A stretch of 64,000 bases of DNA, from positions 462,334 through 526,333 of the forward strand of contig CANMBU010000003.1 of the NCBI GenBank assembly GCA_947496175.1, given 5' to 3'. The notes under the pieces were generated by a model. That model ran no database searches and was not told the DNA's origin. It saw only the letters and a program-made list of their open reading frames with translations. The DNA comes from an uncultured Roseovarius sp. (GTDB taxonomy: Bacteria > Pseudomonadota > Alphaproteobacteria > Rhodobacterales > Rhodobacteraceae). Positions 20,094-28,713 of this stretch are shown here, piece by piece (the stretch's first letter is position 1; each line of letters opens with the position of its first letter). The translations under genes were made by a program, and so were the position numbers.

Positions 20094-20981
20094 TTGCCAA
20101 AGGGAGACCTCATGTCGTTCAAGTTACTATGCCAAACCGAACGTTTGTCGGTTCTTACTCTTGTTACTTGTCTTTTAATTCCTGCCACCGCCAATAGAAC
20201 CGAAGCACTTAGTGACCTGAGTGAACTCTGGCCTGCTCCCCTTTCGGTCGAAAGTAGCTTTGAGGGACTCGGCATTGATATCAAAGGCATCGCGATGACC
20301 ATGTCGATGAAAGAGGCGCAATCAGTTCATGGCGGTGATTTCTCGAATGCAATATGGCGGTTTCGCAATCAAAACCGCCTCTCCAAGGAGAAGGTAACCA
20401 GACAGGATGTCGGCAACCTGAAAGTCAAATTCGATCAACCTGGTGCCTACGATGACCTCCGCACATTAGGATCGCACTGGCACACAGGTAATCGCATGAT
20501 CCGTATGACAAGGGATGTCGAATTCTATGACGTCGACCGACAACCTTCGGCACAGAACTTCGTGGCATCTGTGATCGAAAAATATGGTACGCCTTCTAAC
20601 GGTCCATATCGTACCACGGGTAAATATCGCTATACGGTCAAACCGCATGAGGCGCGTCGATGGATGTTTGACAATGCGCAGCTCTCAACGACCTGCGAAG
20701 TCTACGATCTTCCCGTTGATCTCAAGGACGCAACACGGCTCAAGGAGGACAACCTGGAAGCCATCATTGCTGATCTTGAAACGCCTGAGGCTTGTGATGG
20801 ATACATGGAAATTTTGCATGAAATCACACCAGCATCCACTGTCAGCAAATATCGTATTCAAATCACCGATGTTCGATTGCTGATGATTGATGCACTCAAT
20901 GAACGGCGCGTCCAGGCAAATATGGAAGCCTACTTTGAAAGGGCTTTACAATCTGGCAACAAAAACACTCCGGACTTATGA
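20094..20981 (+). CDS. Secreted hypothetical protein
   Basis: 295-aa ORF with signal-like N-terminus (SVLTLVTCLLIPATA); likely start nearer 20112. Confidence 0.75.
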   Translation: MPKGDLMSFKLLCQTERLSVLTLVTCLLIPATANRTEALSDLSELWPAPLSVESSFEGLGIDIKGIAMTMSMKEAQSVHGGDFSNAIWRFRNQNRLSKEKVTRQDVGNLKVKFDQPGAYDDLRTLGSHWHTGNRMIRMTRDVEFYDVDRQPSAQNFVASVIEKYGTPSNGPYRTTGKYRYTVKPHEARRWMFDNAQLSTTCEVYDLPVDLKDATRLKEDNLEAIIADLETPEACDGYMEILHEITPASTVSKYRIQITDVRLLMIDALNERRVQANMEAYFERALQSGNKNTPDL

Positions 20982-21304
20982 AGAGCGTCTCGGAAGAAAA
21001 AAGTAAGTGGGGCGTGACGACCCCTCCGTCTCTTTAATTTCCCACTAACAGGGTTGCTCCTGCAACCCTCTGCCCTTCGGCGAGAAATGGGGGTGCAAGG
21101 GTCAAGATCAATCGATGGCGGGCGCAGGTATCTTCGATGCCTAGCCTCGGGAGACCGGCTATTGATCTTGATCCCGCGCCGGGGGCGGTAGCCCTAAGAA
21201 TCAACTCAAGCATGCAGAAGTCATTTGATTTCCCGCAAAGAAGCAATAGGCTAGCCTTTAGTGCAACGCCTGCGCGCTATTGGCTTTTTATTTGGGGGAA
21301 TTGA

Positions 21305-22222
21305 ATGTTGAGGCTTCGAAAAACCAACGGTTTGAAAATCATTACAGCAATAATTTTTGCTGCGCTTTCAGCGCCTTCTCTGGCATTAGCTATGGAATGT
21401 AACCTGGACACGAGCTTCACACATAAGACCAAACACCATGGAAAACGTCCTGTTTACACAGATAAAAACTCTGTGTTTTTCACGGCACCAATGGCAGTGA
21501 ATACTGACGGTGCACCAATCTCGTACCACCCCGATGACCCATGGGGAAACACTGGTAAAGCAATTAACACGATTTGCAATGGAGCCAATGTGATCCTGCC
21601 AAACGGAAAAAAGATCAGGTATGATAAATGTACCAAACTTATTGAAGGTTTTAAGGAAGCAAAGGCATCCGGTTGGGAAAACAAAGCCACAGCAAGAATG
21701 GACTTCTATGGTATAGCCTCCTCGGGCTTTACTCCCTGCATAAATGACAAAGAGCCATACGAAGGATATTTTGTATCCACTACCTCGGTCATTGCAGACA
21801 AGTCGAAAGCGGTGTGCGATCAAGATAGATATCTTAATTCGATCGAAATACCGTTCGCAATTTATCCCGGTGCGAAAAAATTTACTTCACACGGCGTCGG
21901 AAAAAGAGACGTCGTTGTCTATTTCAATCCAGAAAACAGTGCGATCGAATTCGGGATAATAGGAGACCGTGGTCCAAAATGGGGACTTGCAGAAGGGTCA
22001 ATCGCTTTTGCCCAGTCTCTGAGACAAACCGACAGTCTTCCGACGTCGCGTAAAGACACATATAATTTTGGTGTTAGCAAGGTTCATGGGCTGATTTTGC
22101 CAAACGCTAGTTTAGAACCACCTTACACTGCCGAAAACGTAAGAACCCGAGCCAGAAACGAGTTTAACAACTGGGGAGGAATGGACCGCCTAAATGCATG
22201 CATTAAGCAGCATGGCGGTTAA
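21305..22222 (+). CDS. Secreted GH75 (chitosanase)-like glycoside hydrolase
   Basis: Signal peptide; AVNTDG, YLNSIEIPF and GIIGDRGP..AEGSIAFA resemble GH75 catalytic motifs. Confidence 0.6.
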   Translation: MLRLRKTNGLKIITAIIFAALSAPSLALAMECNLDTSFTHKTKHHGKRPVYTDKNSVFFTAPMAVNTDGAPISYHPDDPWGNTGKAINTICNGANVILPNGKKIRYDKCTKLIEGFKEAKASGWENKATARMDFYGIASSGFTPCINDKEPYEGYFVSTTSVIADKSKAVCDQDRYLNSIEIPFAIYPGAKKFTSHGVGKRDVVVYFNPENSAIEFGIIGDRGPKWGLAEGSIAFAQSLRQTDSLPTSRKDTYNFGVSKVHGLILPNASLEPPYTAENVRTRARNEFNNWGGMDRLNACIKQHGG

Positions 22223-22261
22223 ATTCCAAAGTAGCGCGGCTCATGTATGGGACATTTCTCA

Positions 22262-22960
22262 ATGAAGTTTTTAGTACTGTCTTTTTTTGTTTTCTTGGCG
22301 ATACCGTCTTCTGCAAAGGCTCAAGGTCTAAGAGATTTTATCAAAGAAACTATCAACGAAGCCGCTGGACCTCCTGGAAGGAGTTTTGGGGACAAGTCAC
22401 ATTTGATGGTTGTGAAAGCGGATGGGGGCGTCACATTTATCTTTCTTTGCAGCGCGGGCAAAGAGAATGGTGCGGGCGACAAATTGGTGAATGCAATTTT
22501 TGATGGACTGAACCAAGCGACCGCTGGTGTTTCTGTCTTTTTCAGATCTTGGATACGGAGAGAGATCGAAAAGGGTGTGGTAAACGAGGGCGATGCGTTC
22601 TGTGGTGTCTTTGCCAAAAAAACTGGTGGTAAGAGCAAAGCCAGGAATGTACGAGACGGCAGCATCTATACAACCTCGTGGCGAAATGGCGAGAAGGTTC
22701 AATCGGTAACTGATGAAAGGGCCTGTAAAAAAGTGCACAAGAGATACTTTTGTTTCGAAGTCGCCGAAGGGCCTTCGGATGACGGTGAAATCGACGGTGT
22801 AAGTGGATGCTTTGAAGCTAAAGTCGATGGGCGGCTGGTTTCCTTTTCGTTTGGCCGAGGAGAGACTATTCCGGTCGAAACACGAAGTACTTTCGGCCCT
22901 AAAGACTCAAAATCTTCAGAGGGTTGCGTGGTTCGAAAATTGGGCGTTGAAAAGAATTAG
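22262..22960 (+). CDS. Secreted Cys-containing hypothetical protein
   Basis: Signal peptide MKFLVLSFFVFLAIPSSAKA; six Cys; follows the GH75-like gene. Confidence 0.7.
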   Translation: MKFLVLSFFVFLAIPSSAKAQGLRDFIKETINEAAGPPGRSFGDKSHLMVVKADGGVTFIFLCSAGKENGAGDKLVNAIFDGLNQATAGVSVFFRSWIRREIEKGVVNEGDAFCGVFAKKTGGKSKARNVRDGSIYTTSWRNGEKVQSVTDERACKKVHKRYFCFEVAEGPSDDGEIDGVSGCFEAKVDGRLVSFSFGRGETIPVETRSTFGPKDSKSSEGCVVRKLGVEKN

Positions 22961-23297
22961 TTGAGAACAAAAAGCAATATTGCAGAAAGCGCTGCCAAGG
23001 CCGAATTTTGAGATTTGATGAATACTAAGGGTGCTCGAGAAGTCGCGATAACCTCTTGGTCGGGTCCAGCAATGAAATGCAGGCGGCATCCAACCCGCGC
23101 AGGGATGGTCTCCATGAAATGGTCAGGATTGCATAAGGGAAGGAACGCCCTTTGCTCGATGGGTGTGGGGAGAGAGAAATCTCCCACGAGGGATCAAACA
23201 CCGATATGTTTGTGTGGTCAAATCAGGCTCAACGCCTGTTCCTGACCACTTGCTTTGGGGGATAGAACGGGGGAGCGCAGCAACCCCCTTCTCAAGT

Positions 23298-23324
23298 GGG
23301 GCGGTACTACCGCCCCCATCTTGC
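23298..23324 (+). other. Candidate origin of transfer (MOBP-type nic site)
   Basis: 9-bp inverted repeat GGGGCGGTA-c-TACCGCCCC immediately followed by CATCTTG|C, like RP4 TATCCTG|C and R64 CATCCTG|T. Confidence 0.55.
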
Positions 23325-23481
23325 GATGGACGCTATCAACATCATGCTACTCCTTTAGCATCTCAATTGCGGGTCAACCCATGTCAATTTCACCAACACC
23401 GTATCGTGGATAAGCTACAATCTTAGATTGACTCGCAGCATTGCTTCTCATCAGTCTGGTTAGAAGGAAAAGGCAACGATT

Positions 23482-24789
23482 ATGAGATTAGAAGAAATTA
23501 GCATTGGCGCTTTGTCGGTAAATCGCGCGAATGATCGTCACGGTGAATTGGAAAACGAAACGGCAGCAATTGCCTGGCTTTTCAATACACGCGAAACTCA
23601 CATGAAAAACCTCGCCAAAGACATCGTTGCGGAGGGGCGAATTTTTGAGCCACCACTCGTCTCGCCCGAAGGATCAAGTTATTTGGTCTTCGATGGAAAC
23701 CGTCGTGTCACCTGTTTAAAGCTACTGGAAAAACCTTCCCGTGCGCCAACAACGACTCTGCAAGAATACTTTGCGAACTTAAAAGCTGATTGGCAGGGAG
23801 ACTTTCCAAAGAAAATCCTATGCCAGGTTGAAGACGACAGAGACCTCATCGACGATATTCTTTACAGAAGGCACACTGGAACGCTGAATGGTGTTGGCCA
23901 GACAACCTGGGACGACCGAATGAAAGACAACTTTGTCGCTCGTTCGGGTAAGAAAACAGGCTTCAACATCGCTGATGAAATCGAACAACGATTGGAAGCA
24001 GCAAACCTGTTACCATCTACCAAAATCCCACGGTCGAACCTGAACCGCCTTCTGTCGTCAGAAGCAATTAGAAACAGGTTCGGATTTACGGCAAAAAACA
24101 AAGTCTTCGACTACACGCATAATCCTGATGTTGTATTAAAAACGCTTGCTGCTCTCGCTGATGATTTTGCAGCTGGACGGGTAGTTCTTGGCGACATTTG
24201 GGACAATGAAAACAAGTTGAAATATGTAGACGGATTAGAAGACCAAGGGTTACTTCCTACGGACGAAGACATCATCGATAACGAGAGCGGCACGGGCAAA
24301 CCAAGCCCAAAACCGAAGCCCAAACCAAAACCGAAGCCCAAACCAAAACCCACGAAACGAACGACTTTGATCCCGCAAAAAGAATTCGGAATTTTATGGA
24401 CGGGCAAACAACACCGCATGCAGGCGATCTGGGAAGAACTACAGTTTCACCTAAACCCCGAAAAGCATCCGAACGCGGTTTCCGTTCTGTTTCGAGTGCT
24501 CTTGGAGTTAGCCGCTGACCATTACGCAAGTGAACATGGCGTGGCGTTACAACAAAACGACAAACTGGCACGAAGGGTCGAAAAGGTCGGTGATGCGTTG
24601 TTTAGCCAAGGCAAAATCGACAAGAAGCAGAGAACAGCAACAAAGAAGTTTGGTCAGCTAGACCAACTGGTATCAGCAGATACGCTTAACCGATATGTCC
24701 ATTCACCCAACTTCGCGCCTTCGGCCAAACACCTAGAAGCGCTTTGGGATACCATGGCCGATCTGATCGTCGCCTGCCTCAAAGGTTAG
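23482..24789 (+). CDS. ParB/Srx-like N-terminal domain, PK linker and HEPN-like C-terminal domain
   Basis: EPPLV..VFDGNRRVTCL; (PK)n linker; LFRVLLEL...LNRYVH helical C-terminus. Confidence 0.65.
   Translation: MRLEEISIGALSVNRANDRHGELENETAAIAWLFNTRETHMKNLAKDIVAEGRIFEPPLVSPEGSSYLVFDGNRRVTCLKLLEKPSRAPTTTLQEYFANLKADWQGDFPKKILCQVEDDRDLIDDILYRRHTGTLNGVGQTTWDDRMKDNFVARSGKKTGFNIADEIEQRLEAANLLPSTKIPRSNLNRLLSSEAIRNRFGFTAKNKVFDYTHNPDVVLKTLAALADDFAAGRVVLGDIWDNENKLKYVDGLEDQGLLPTDEDIIDNESGTGKPSPKPKPKPKPKPKPKPTKRTTLIPQKEFGILWTGKQHRMQAIWEELQFHLNPEKHPNAVSVLFRVLLELAADHYASEHGVALQQNDKLARRVEKVGDALFSQGKIDKKQRTATKKFGQLDQLVSADTLNRYVHSPNFAPSAKHLEALWDTMADLIVACLKG
24308..24351 (+). repeat. 18-bp tandem repeat encoding the PKPKPK linker
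   Basis: CAAAACCGAAGCCCAAAC x2 plus a partial unit. Confidence 0.8.
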
Positions 24790-24814
24790 CATTTCAAAGA
24801 TTTTGAAGGTCTGG

Positions 24815-25108
24815 TCAAAACAGGCTACCCTGACGCGAAGCCTCAACATAGGCCTTCCATTGCTTTGATTGCGCTTCTTTGTTGAGCCAATCGGTCACAA
24901 GGGTGATCACTTCGTCGATTTCAAGAACGGGATCCATCGGTCCAAAGTAATGCGATCTGTAACCTGTGTCTGAGATGGGAATAGGTTGGTCATCCTCAGC
25001 ACAAATTGCGACGTGATCTATAACGCCATACTGCCTTGGTGTGTAAGAGAGCCGAATGGATCGGCCCTCCCATGTGATGTTGATGTCAATCGTTTCGCCG
25101 TTACGCAT
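24815..25108 (-). CDS. Small hypothetical protein ending in a clamp-binding-like QGSLF motif
   Basis: AGGAG RBS; start overlaps the upstream gene's stop; C-terminus ..RQGSLF. Confidence 0.7.
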   Translation of the reverse strand: MRNGETIDINITWEGRSIRLSYTPRQYGVIDHVAICAEDDQPIPISDTGYRSHYFGPMDPVLEIDEVITLVTDWLNKEAQSKQWKAYVEASRQGSLF

Positions 25109-25337
25109 CGCTCTGCTCCTCAGTCTCAACAGTGATTGGAAAGAGGTAGATGTCATCTGTGATGATCTGCGTGCCTGAGGTTCGGATACAAATGCCTCCG
25201 TCCTTGGCACGGTTCCAGGCGACACCGATGCGTTCCAGCCGTGCCTTGCGGCCATAGCCTTTGGGTGTTTTGACGATCCAGTCGGGATCATTGTTTGCCT
25301 CGGGTGAGTGTTGTGAAGTTTGACGAGTTTCTGTCAT
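25101..25337 (-). CDS. Small hypothetical mobile-element protein
   Basis: GAAAGGAA RBS; ERIGVAWNR..GGI.IR beta-rich core. Confidence 0.7.
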   Translation of the reverse strand: MTETRQTSQHSPEANNDPDWIVKTPKGYGRKARLERIGVAWNRAKDGGICIRTSGTQIITDDIYLFPITVETEEQSDA

Positions 25338-25667
25338 GGCTTTTCCTTTCTGTTATTCCGCCAGACCATCTGGCCGATGTCTCGGGAAAAAGCGGACCAG
25401 CTCTCACACATCATGCGCTACACGGTTCGAAGCGAATGCGAAGAAGTGGTGCGGGCCGCGCATTGATGGGATGAGGGATGATCTGCTTCCCATAGAACAA
25501 ACGGCTGATGATCTGGTGTGATTAAGGCAGCAAGGAACGCGTCAGGAAATCAATCCAAACAGTGCCTCACGCCAGCGGAATTATGGTCAGGTCATTTGGT
25601 AAAAAGGACCCTGCTTTGAGGTTGCATCGCAGAGGGTGTGTTAACTGAAGTAGCGCAAGGCTAATCA

Positions 25668-26123
25668 TTAAGTAGTCGACCACAAGCTGCGTGTGTTTTG
25701 GCCTTCACCTATAACTATCCGCCAAGCTGTAAACGCTGCGCGAAATCTGCCAGCGGATTCAAGGTTGTCATGAAGGGAAACAAGAGCTGACTCACTGGAG
25801 TAACTCTTCGTCTGTGTTGCAAGCGCAAGTCTGTTCTCAAGTCTAACGACAGAAAGAAGCGGCGCACCGAAGCCGTTGGTTTCGATCAGGCTCGTTTCGT
25901 CAACCTCAACTCGGACATCTGGGACAATTAGACCGTCCCAATTCTCGTTGTCTTTGCTTTCGAAGCAGTGCGATTGAAACTCACCAGAAAGGAATACTGC
26001 CGTGTTGACGTTTTCAATATGGCCCACAAGGATTATCTTTCCATAAGTGTCGGTGGGCAAAATCAGACTTAGGGGTTTTGCCTTCCCGACTGGGCCAACG
26101 GTGAATTCATTAGGTGACAACAA
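25668..26123 (-). CDS. Hypothetical beta-rich protein
   Basis: 151-aa ORF, third gene of the TIR cluster. Confidence 0.7.
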   Translation of the reverse strand: MLSPNEFTVGPVGKAKPLSLILPTDTYGKIILVGHIENVNTAVFLSGEFQSHCFESKDNENWDGLIVPDVRVEVDETSLIETNGFGAPLLSVVRLENRLALATQTKSYSSESALVSLHDNLESAGRFRAAFTAWRIVIGEGQNTRSLWSTT

Positions 26124-26210
26124 CTCGAATTCTCCTAACCAATTAGAAAAGATGATCGTACTTAAATGATCCCAATAAACCTACGAGTCCTAGCTCAAAG
26201 CTTGACCATT

Positions 26211-26375
26211 TCACTCCCAGCCTCGCCGAACATCGGTGCGGTGGCACGCGGGGCAATGTACGGCGCTGGTTGGTCGATTTTCTTGACGGGCTTCACGACG
26301 CTCATCCTCATTGAGTACTTCCGTTTCGAAGCGATGTCCGCAATTGTTGCAACGAAATCGAACTTGTTCAGGCAT
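26211..26375 (-). CDS. 54-aa zinc-ribbon protein
   Basis: CNNC..CPAC; ATG overlaps the TIR gene stop by 8 nt. Confidence 0.75.
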   Translation of the reverse strand: MPEQVRFRCNNCGHRFETEVLNEDERREARQENRPTSAVHCPACHRTDVRRGWE

Positions 26376-27312
26376 GGCTAATACCTGCCTGTTCAATAAA
26401 CTCGTTCCACAAATACTCTGCTGCTTGCTCAGGATTTAGACGCTCAGGACCATTTCCAAACACTGACATTGTCACGACCAGGAATAGTTCATACTCGTCA
26501 GAGGATACGTTGAAACCACCGTTTGCCGTATTGTCTGCGGCATTTTCGTTAAAGGAAAAGTAGATGTCTCCCAAGGCAAAACCCGCATTTCGGCAATGCA
26601 CAGTGATATGCGCCGTTCCATGTTGACGCCCTTGATTGATGACAGTACTACCAAAAGAGTTCGCGCCTCTATCTACAAATCGGCCACGCAGGCCATCTAC
26701 CGCATCTATTTCCTCAATCGCACGTTTGAAATAATCCCTAATCGTGTTGAAAGACGCATCGCGATATTCGCTAAGGTCGATTTCATCAAAATCGCGTTGA
26801 ACGCGATAGCGTGGGACCGCCTTTTGTTGAGGCGTTGCCACCGCTTCATAAGCGGCAATTTCTGGTTTCTTAAACTCACCCGCAGTGACTATGCGTCGAA
26901 TTTCCTGAACCACGTCCAGGTAAGCCGTATTATCGTTCGTCCATTCTGAGATTGGGAGACCGTCTTTTGGCACAGCTTTCAAACGCCTCAGTTGAGGCAT
27001 GGCGGCCCAATCGCATGGCTCTACGATGATCGGCACAACACGCGCCTCCTGAGCAGCATGCCGCTCCAATGCTCTTTGCATTTCCTGATCCACACAATAG
27101 TTAGATGCAATGAAATCAGGGCTAACCATCAGCAAAAAAATGTCTGCCGTCTCTAGCTCTCTATTGATCTCATCGTCCAAGACATCGCCGGCCAAAATCT
27201 CACGATCGTACCACGTGTCGATCTGGCCTTCCCGTTGAAGGTTGGCGAGGTGAACATGGAGGCGAACAAGCGCATCGGTGTCTCGATGTGAGTAGGATAT
27301 AAATGCCTTCAT
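26368..27312 (-). CDS. TIR-domain protein with uncharacterised C-terminal domain
   Basis: AFISYSHRD, WYDREILAGD, LMVSPDFIASNYCVDQEM (catalytic Glu kept), VVPIIVEPCDW. Confidence 0.9.
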   Translation of the reverse strand: MKAFISYSHRDTDALVRLHVHLANLQREGQIDTWYDREILAGDVLDDEINRELETADIFLLMVSPDFIASNYCVDQEMQRALERHAAQEARVVPIIVEPCDWAAMPQLRRLKAVPKDGLPISEWTNDNTAYLDVVQEIRRIVTAGEFKKPEIAAYEAVATPQQKAVPRYRVQRDFDEIDLSEYRDASFNTIRDYFKRAIEEIDAVDGLRGRFVDRGANSFGSTVINQGRQHGTAHITVHCRNAGFALGDIYFSFNENAADNTANGGFNVSSDEYELFLVVTMSVFGNGPERLNPEQAAEYLWNEFIEQAGISHA

Positions 27313-27466
27313 AAAGTTGCTCGTGTTTATCTTTTGTTCTATTTTATCTACCTTGGGACGAGTTGGCAACGCCGTTTCGGCATCTAGCGTGTCCAAGAAG
27401 ACTAATTGGATGCGCAGTGAACCGGTGTAATAAGGAATTGAGCTTCTTCCACTTAGGATCATTCGC

Positions 27467-28450
27467 ATGACCGAAAATGATAAGTCACCTCACCCCAGCT
27501 ATGACAATACTCTAAAAGAAGAGACCTTGAACTTTCTTAAGCTTTGGGCTGGTGAACCAGGAAATCTGCTGAAAGAAACACTGCCAGGCGAAAGTAAAGA
27601 CGCAACCTTCTCTCTAGATAGGCAATACCTTTTTTCTGAGACGATTTTCCTAGCAGACCGAAACGCCGAAGAGCACCAAGCTAGGGAGCGGAAGCACATA
27701 TGCGAAGACATCGCGGTACAGTCTTTTCCCTTAGAACGTATCTTTGCCCCAACAGAAATCGACGAACTTGAGCAATCATTTTACGAAATTTCATCGCTTC
27801 AAACTATGCACCACAACCAGACAATTTCCGTGGATCATAAGCTCAAAGCGGATTTCAATGATGAGGGTGGAACTGCTAGGCTGAATTTGATAAAGTTCTT
27901 TCTTATCAAGCGTATGTGCTGTATACTTGATGGTAAGAATTTAACCATTGAAACCCGTAACAAGTCATTAGTGAACCACAAGGAAATACGACTCAAACAC
28001 CTGGAACTAGAAATTTCGAACCTACTTCGAGAAGCGTTCGCAATTTGTGTTGATGACCAGGTTGAGAAACGTGATTTCCAAGAGCGAATTATGAAACGCG
28101 CTCTTCAAGCTGATGACGCCACGTCCTTTCCAACAGAAGCGCCCGAACTTTACGTAGATCGCAAAGACGAAACAGAGCCACCGGCTAAATTCCTGATGAG
28201 GGTCTACAAAAAATGGGCCAAAACAGGCTTAACTAGGAGAAGTATTGGCAATCTTGATCCTACTTTAATCCGCGCATTGTATCGAGAAGACATCCCTGTC
28301 GAGATCGATCAGATGTTCCCAAAATCACCGGGTGGACGACCAAAGAAAAGCCGTTCTCTAGAAGAGGAAGCCGCTGCACGTAAAAAAAGGCGTGAGGCTA
28401 ACCGTGAACAAGTCAGAAAACATCGCGAACGAAAACGAAATCCACAGTAA
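27467..28450 (+). CDS. Hypothetical protein with basic C-terminal tail (possible DNA-binding)
   Basis: 327-aa ORF; GGRPKK AT-hook-like motif and RKKRREANREQVRKHRERKR. Confidence 0.7.
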   Translation: MTENDKSPHPSYDNTLKEETLNFLKLWAGEPGNLLKETLPGESKDATFSLDRQYLFSETIFLADRNAEEHQARERKHICEDIAVQSFPLERIFAPTEIDELEQSFYEISSLQTMHHNQTISVDHKLKADFNDEGGTARLNLIKFFLIKRMCCILDGKNLTIETRNKSLVNHKEIRLKHLELEISNLLREAFAICVDDQVEKRDFQERIMKRALQADDATSFPTEAPELYVDRKDETEPPAKFLMRVYKKWAKTGLTRRSIGNLDPTLIRALYREDIPVEIDQMFPKSPGGRPKKSRSLEEEAAARKKRREANREQVRKHRERKRNPQ

Positions 28451-28483
28451 CAACATTACACATCTACAGTAATCTGCTTTCTG

Positions 28484-28512
28484 TTGACATAAGCTTCGAA
28501 TCCCTTCATAAG
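28484..28512 (+). promoter_or_regulatory. Sigma70-type promoter
   Basis: TTGACA-N17-CATAAG upstream of the 44-aa ORF. Confidence 0.6.
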
Positions 28513-28551
28513 GTTAATCACTGCAATTGATAAACCTGAAAGGTTACAAAA

Positions 28552-28686
28552 ATGGCTGTAAGTAATGAACAACTGAAGCAAGCGGAAGCCGTCGGCGCAC
28601 GCGGCGGCAATGTAAACACCTCTACACTCCCTTATGGTGACAAGGTGAAAATCGATGCGGCTGTCCGCAAAGGCAAAGGTATGTGA
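28552..28686 (+). CDS. 44-aa small protein missed by the ORF track
   Basis: GAAAGG RBS; MAVSNEQLKQAEAVGARGGNVNTSTLPYGDKVKIDAAVRKGKGM*; own promoter and terminator. Confidence 0.65.
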   Translation: MAVSNEQLKQAEAVGARGGNVNTSTLPYGDKVKIDAAVRKGKGM

Positions 28687-28713
28687 AGCTTACTTCTCGT
28701 ACATGCCAACATT

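Noticed and set aside
22957-23426. Short ORFs at 22957-23187 (-), 23015-23245 (+) and 23163-23426 (+)
   Set aside because: Mutually overlapping, no RBS or motifs; region better explained as oriT and promoter DNA
25376-25386. GATGTCTCGGG shared between the island leader and MITE copy 2
   Set aside because: Only 11 bp with no flanking similarity; could be chance
27313-27468. 52-aa N-terminal extension of the TIR ORF in the track
   Set aside because: TIR domain starts at MKAFISY (27312); extension overlaps the divergent gene start and probable promoters
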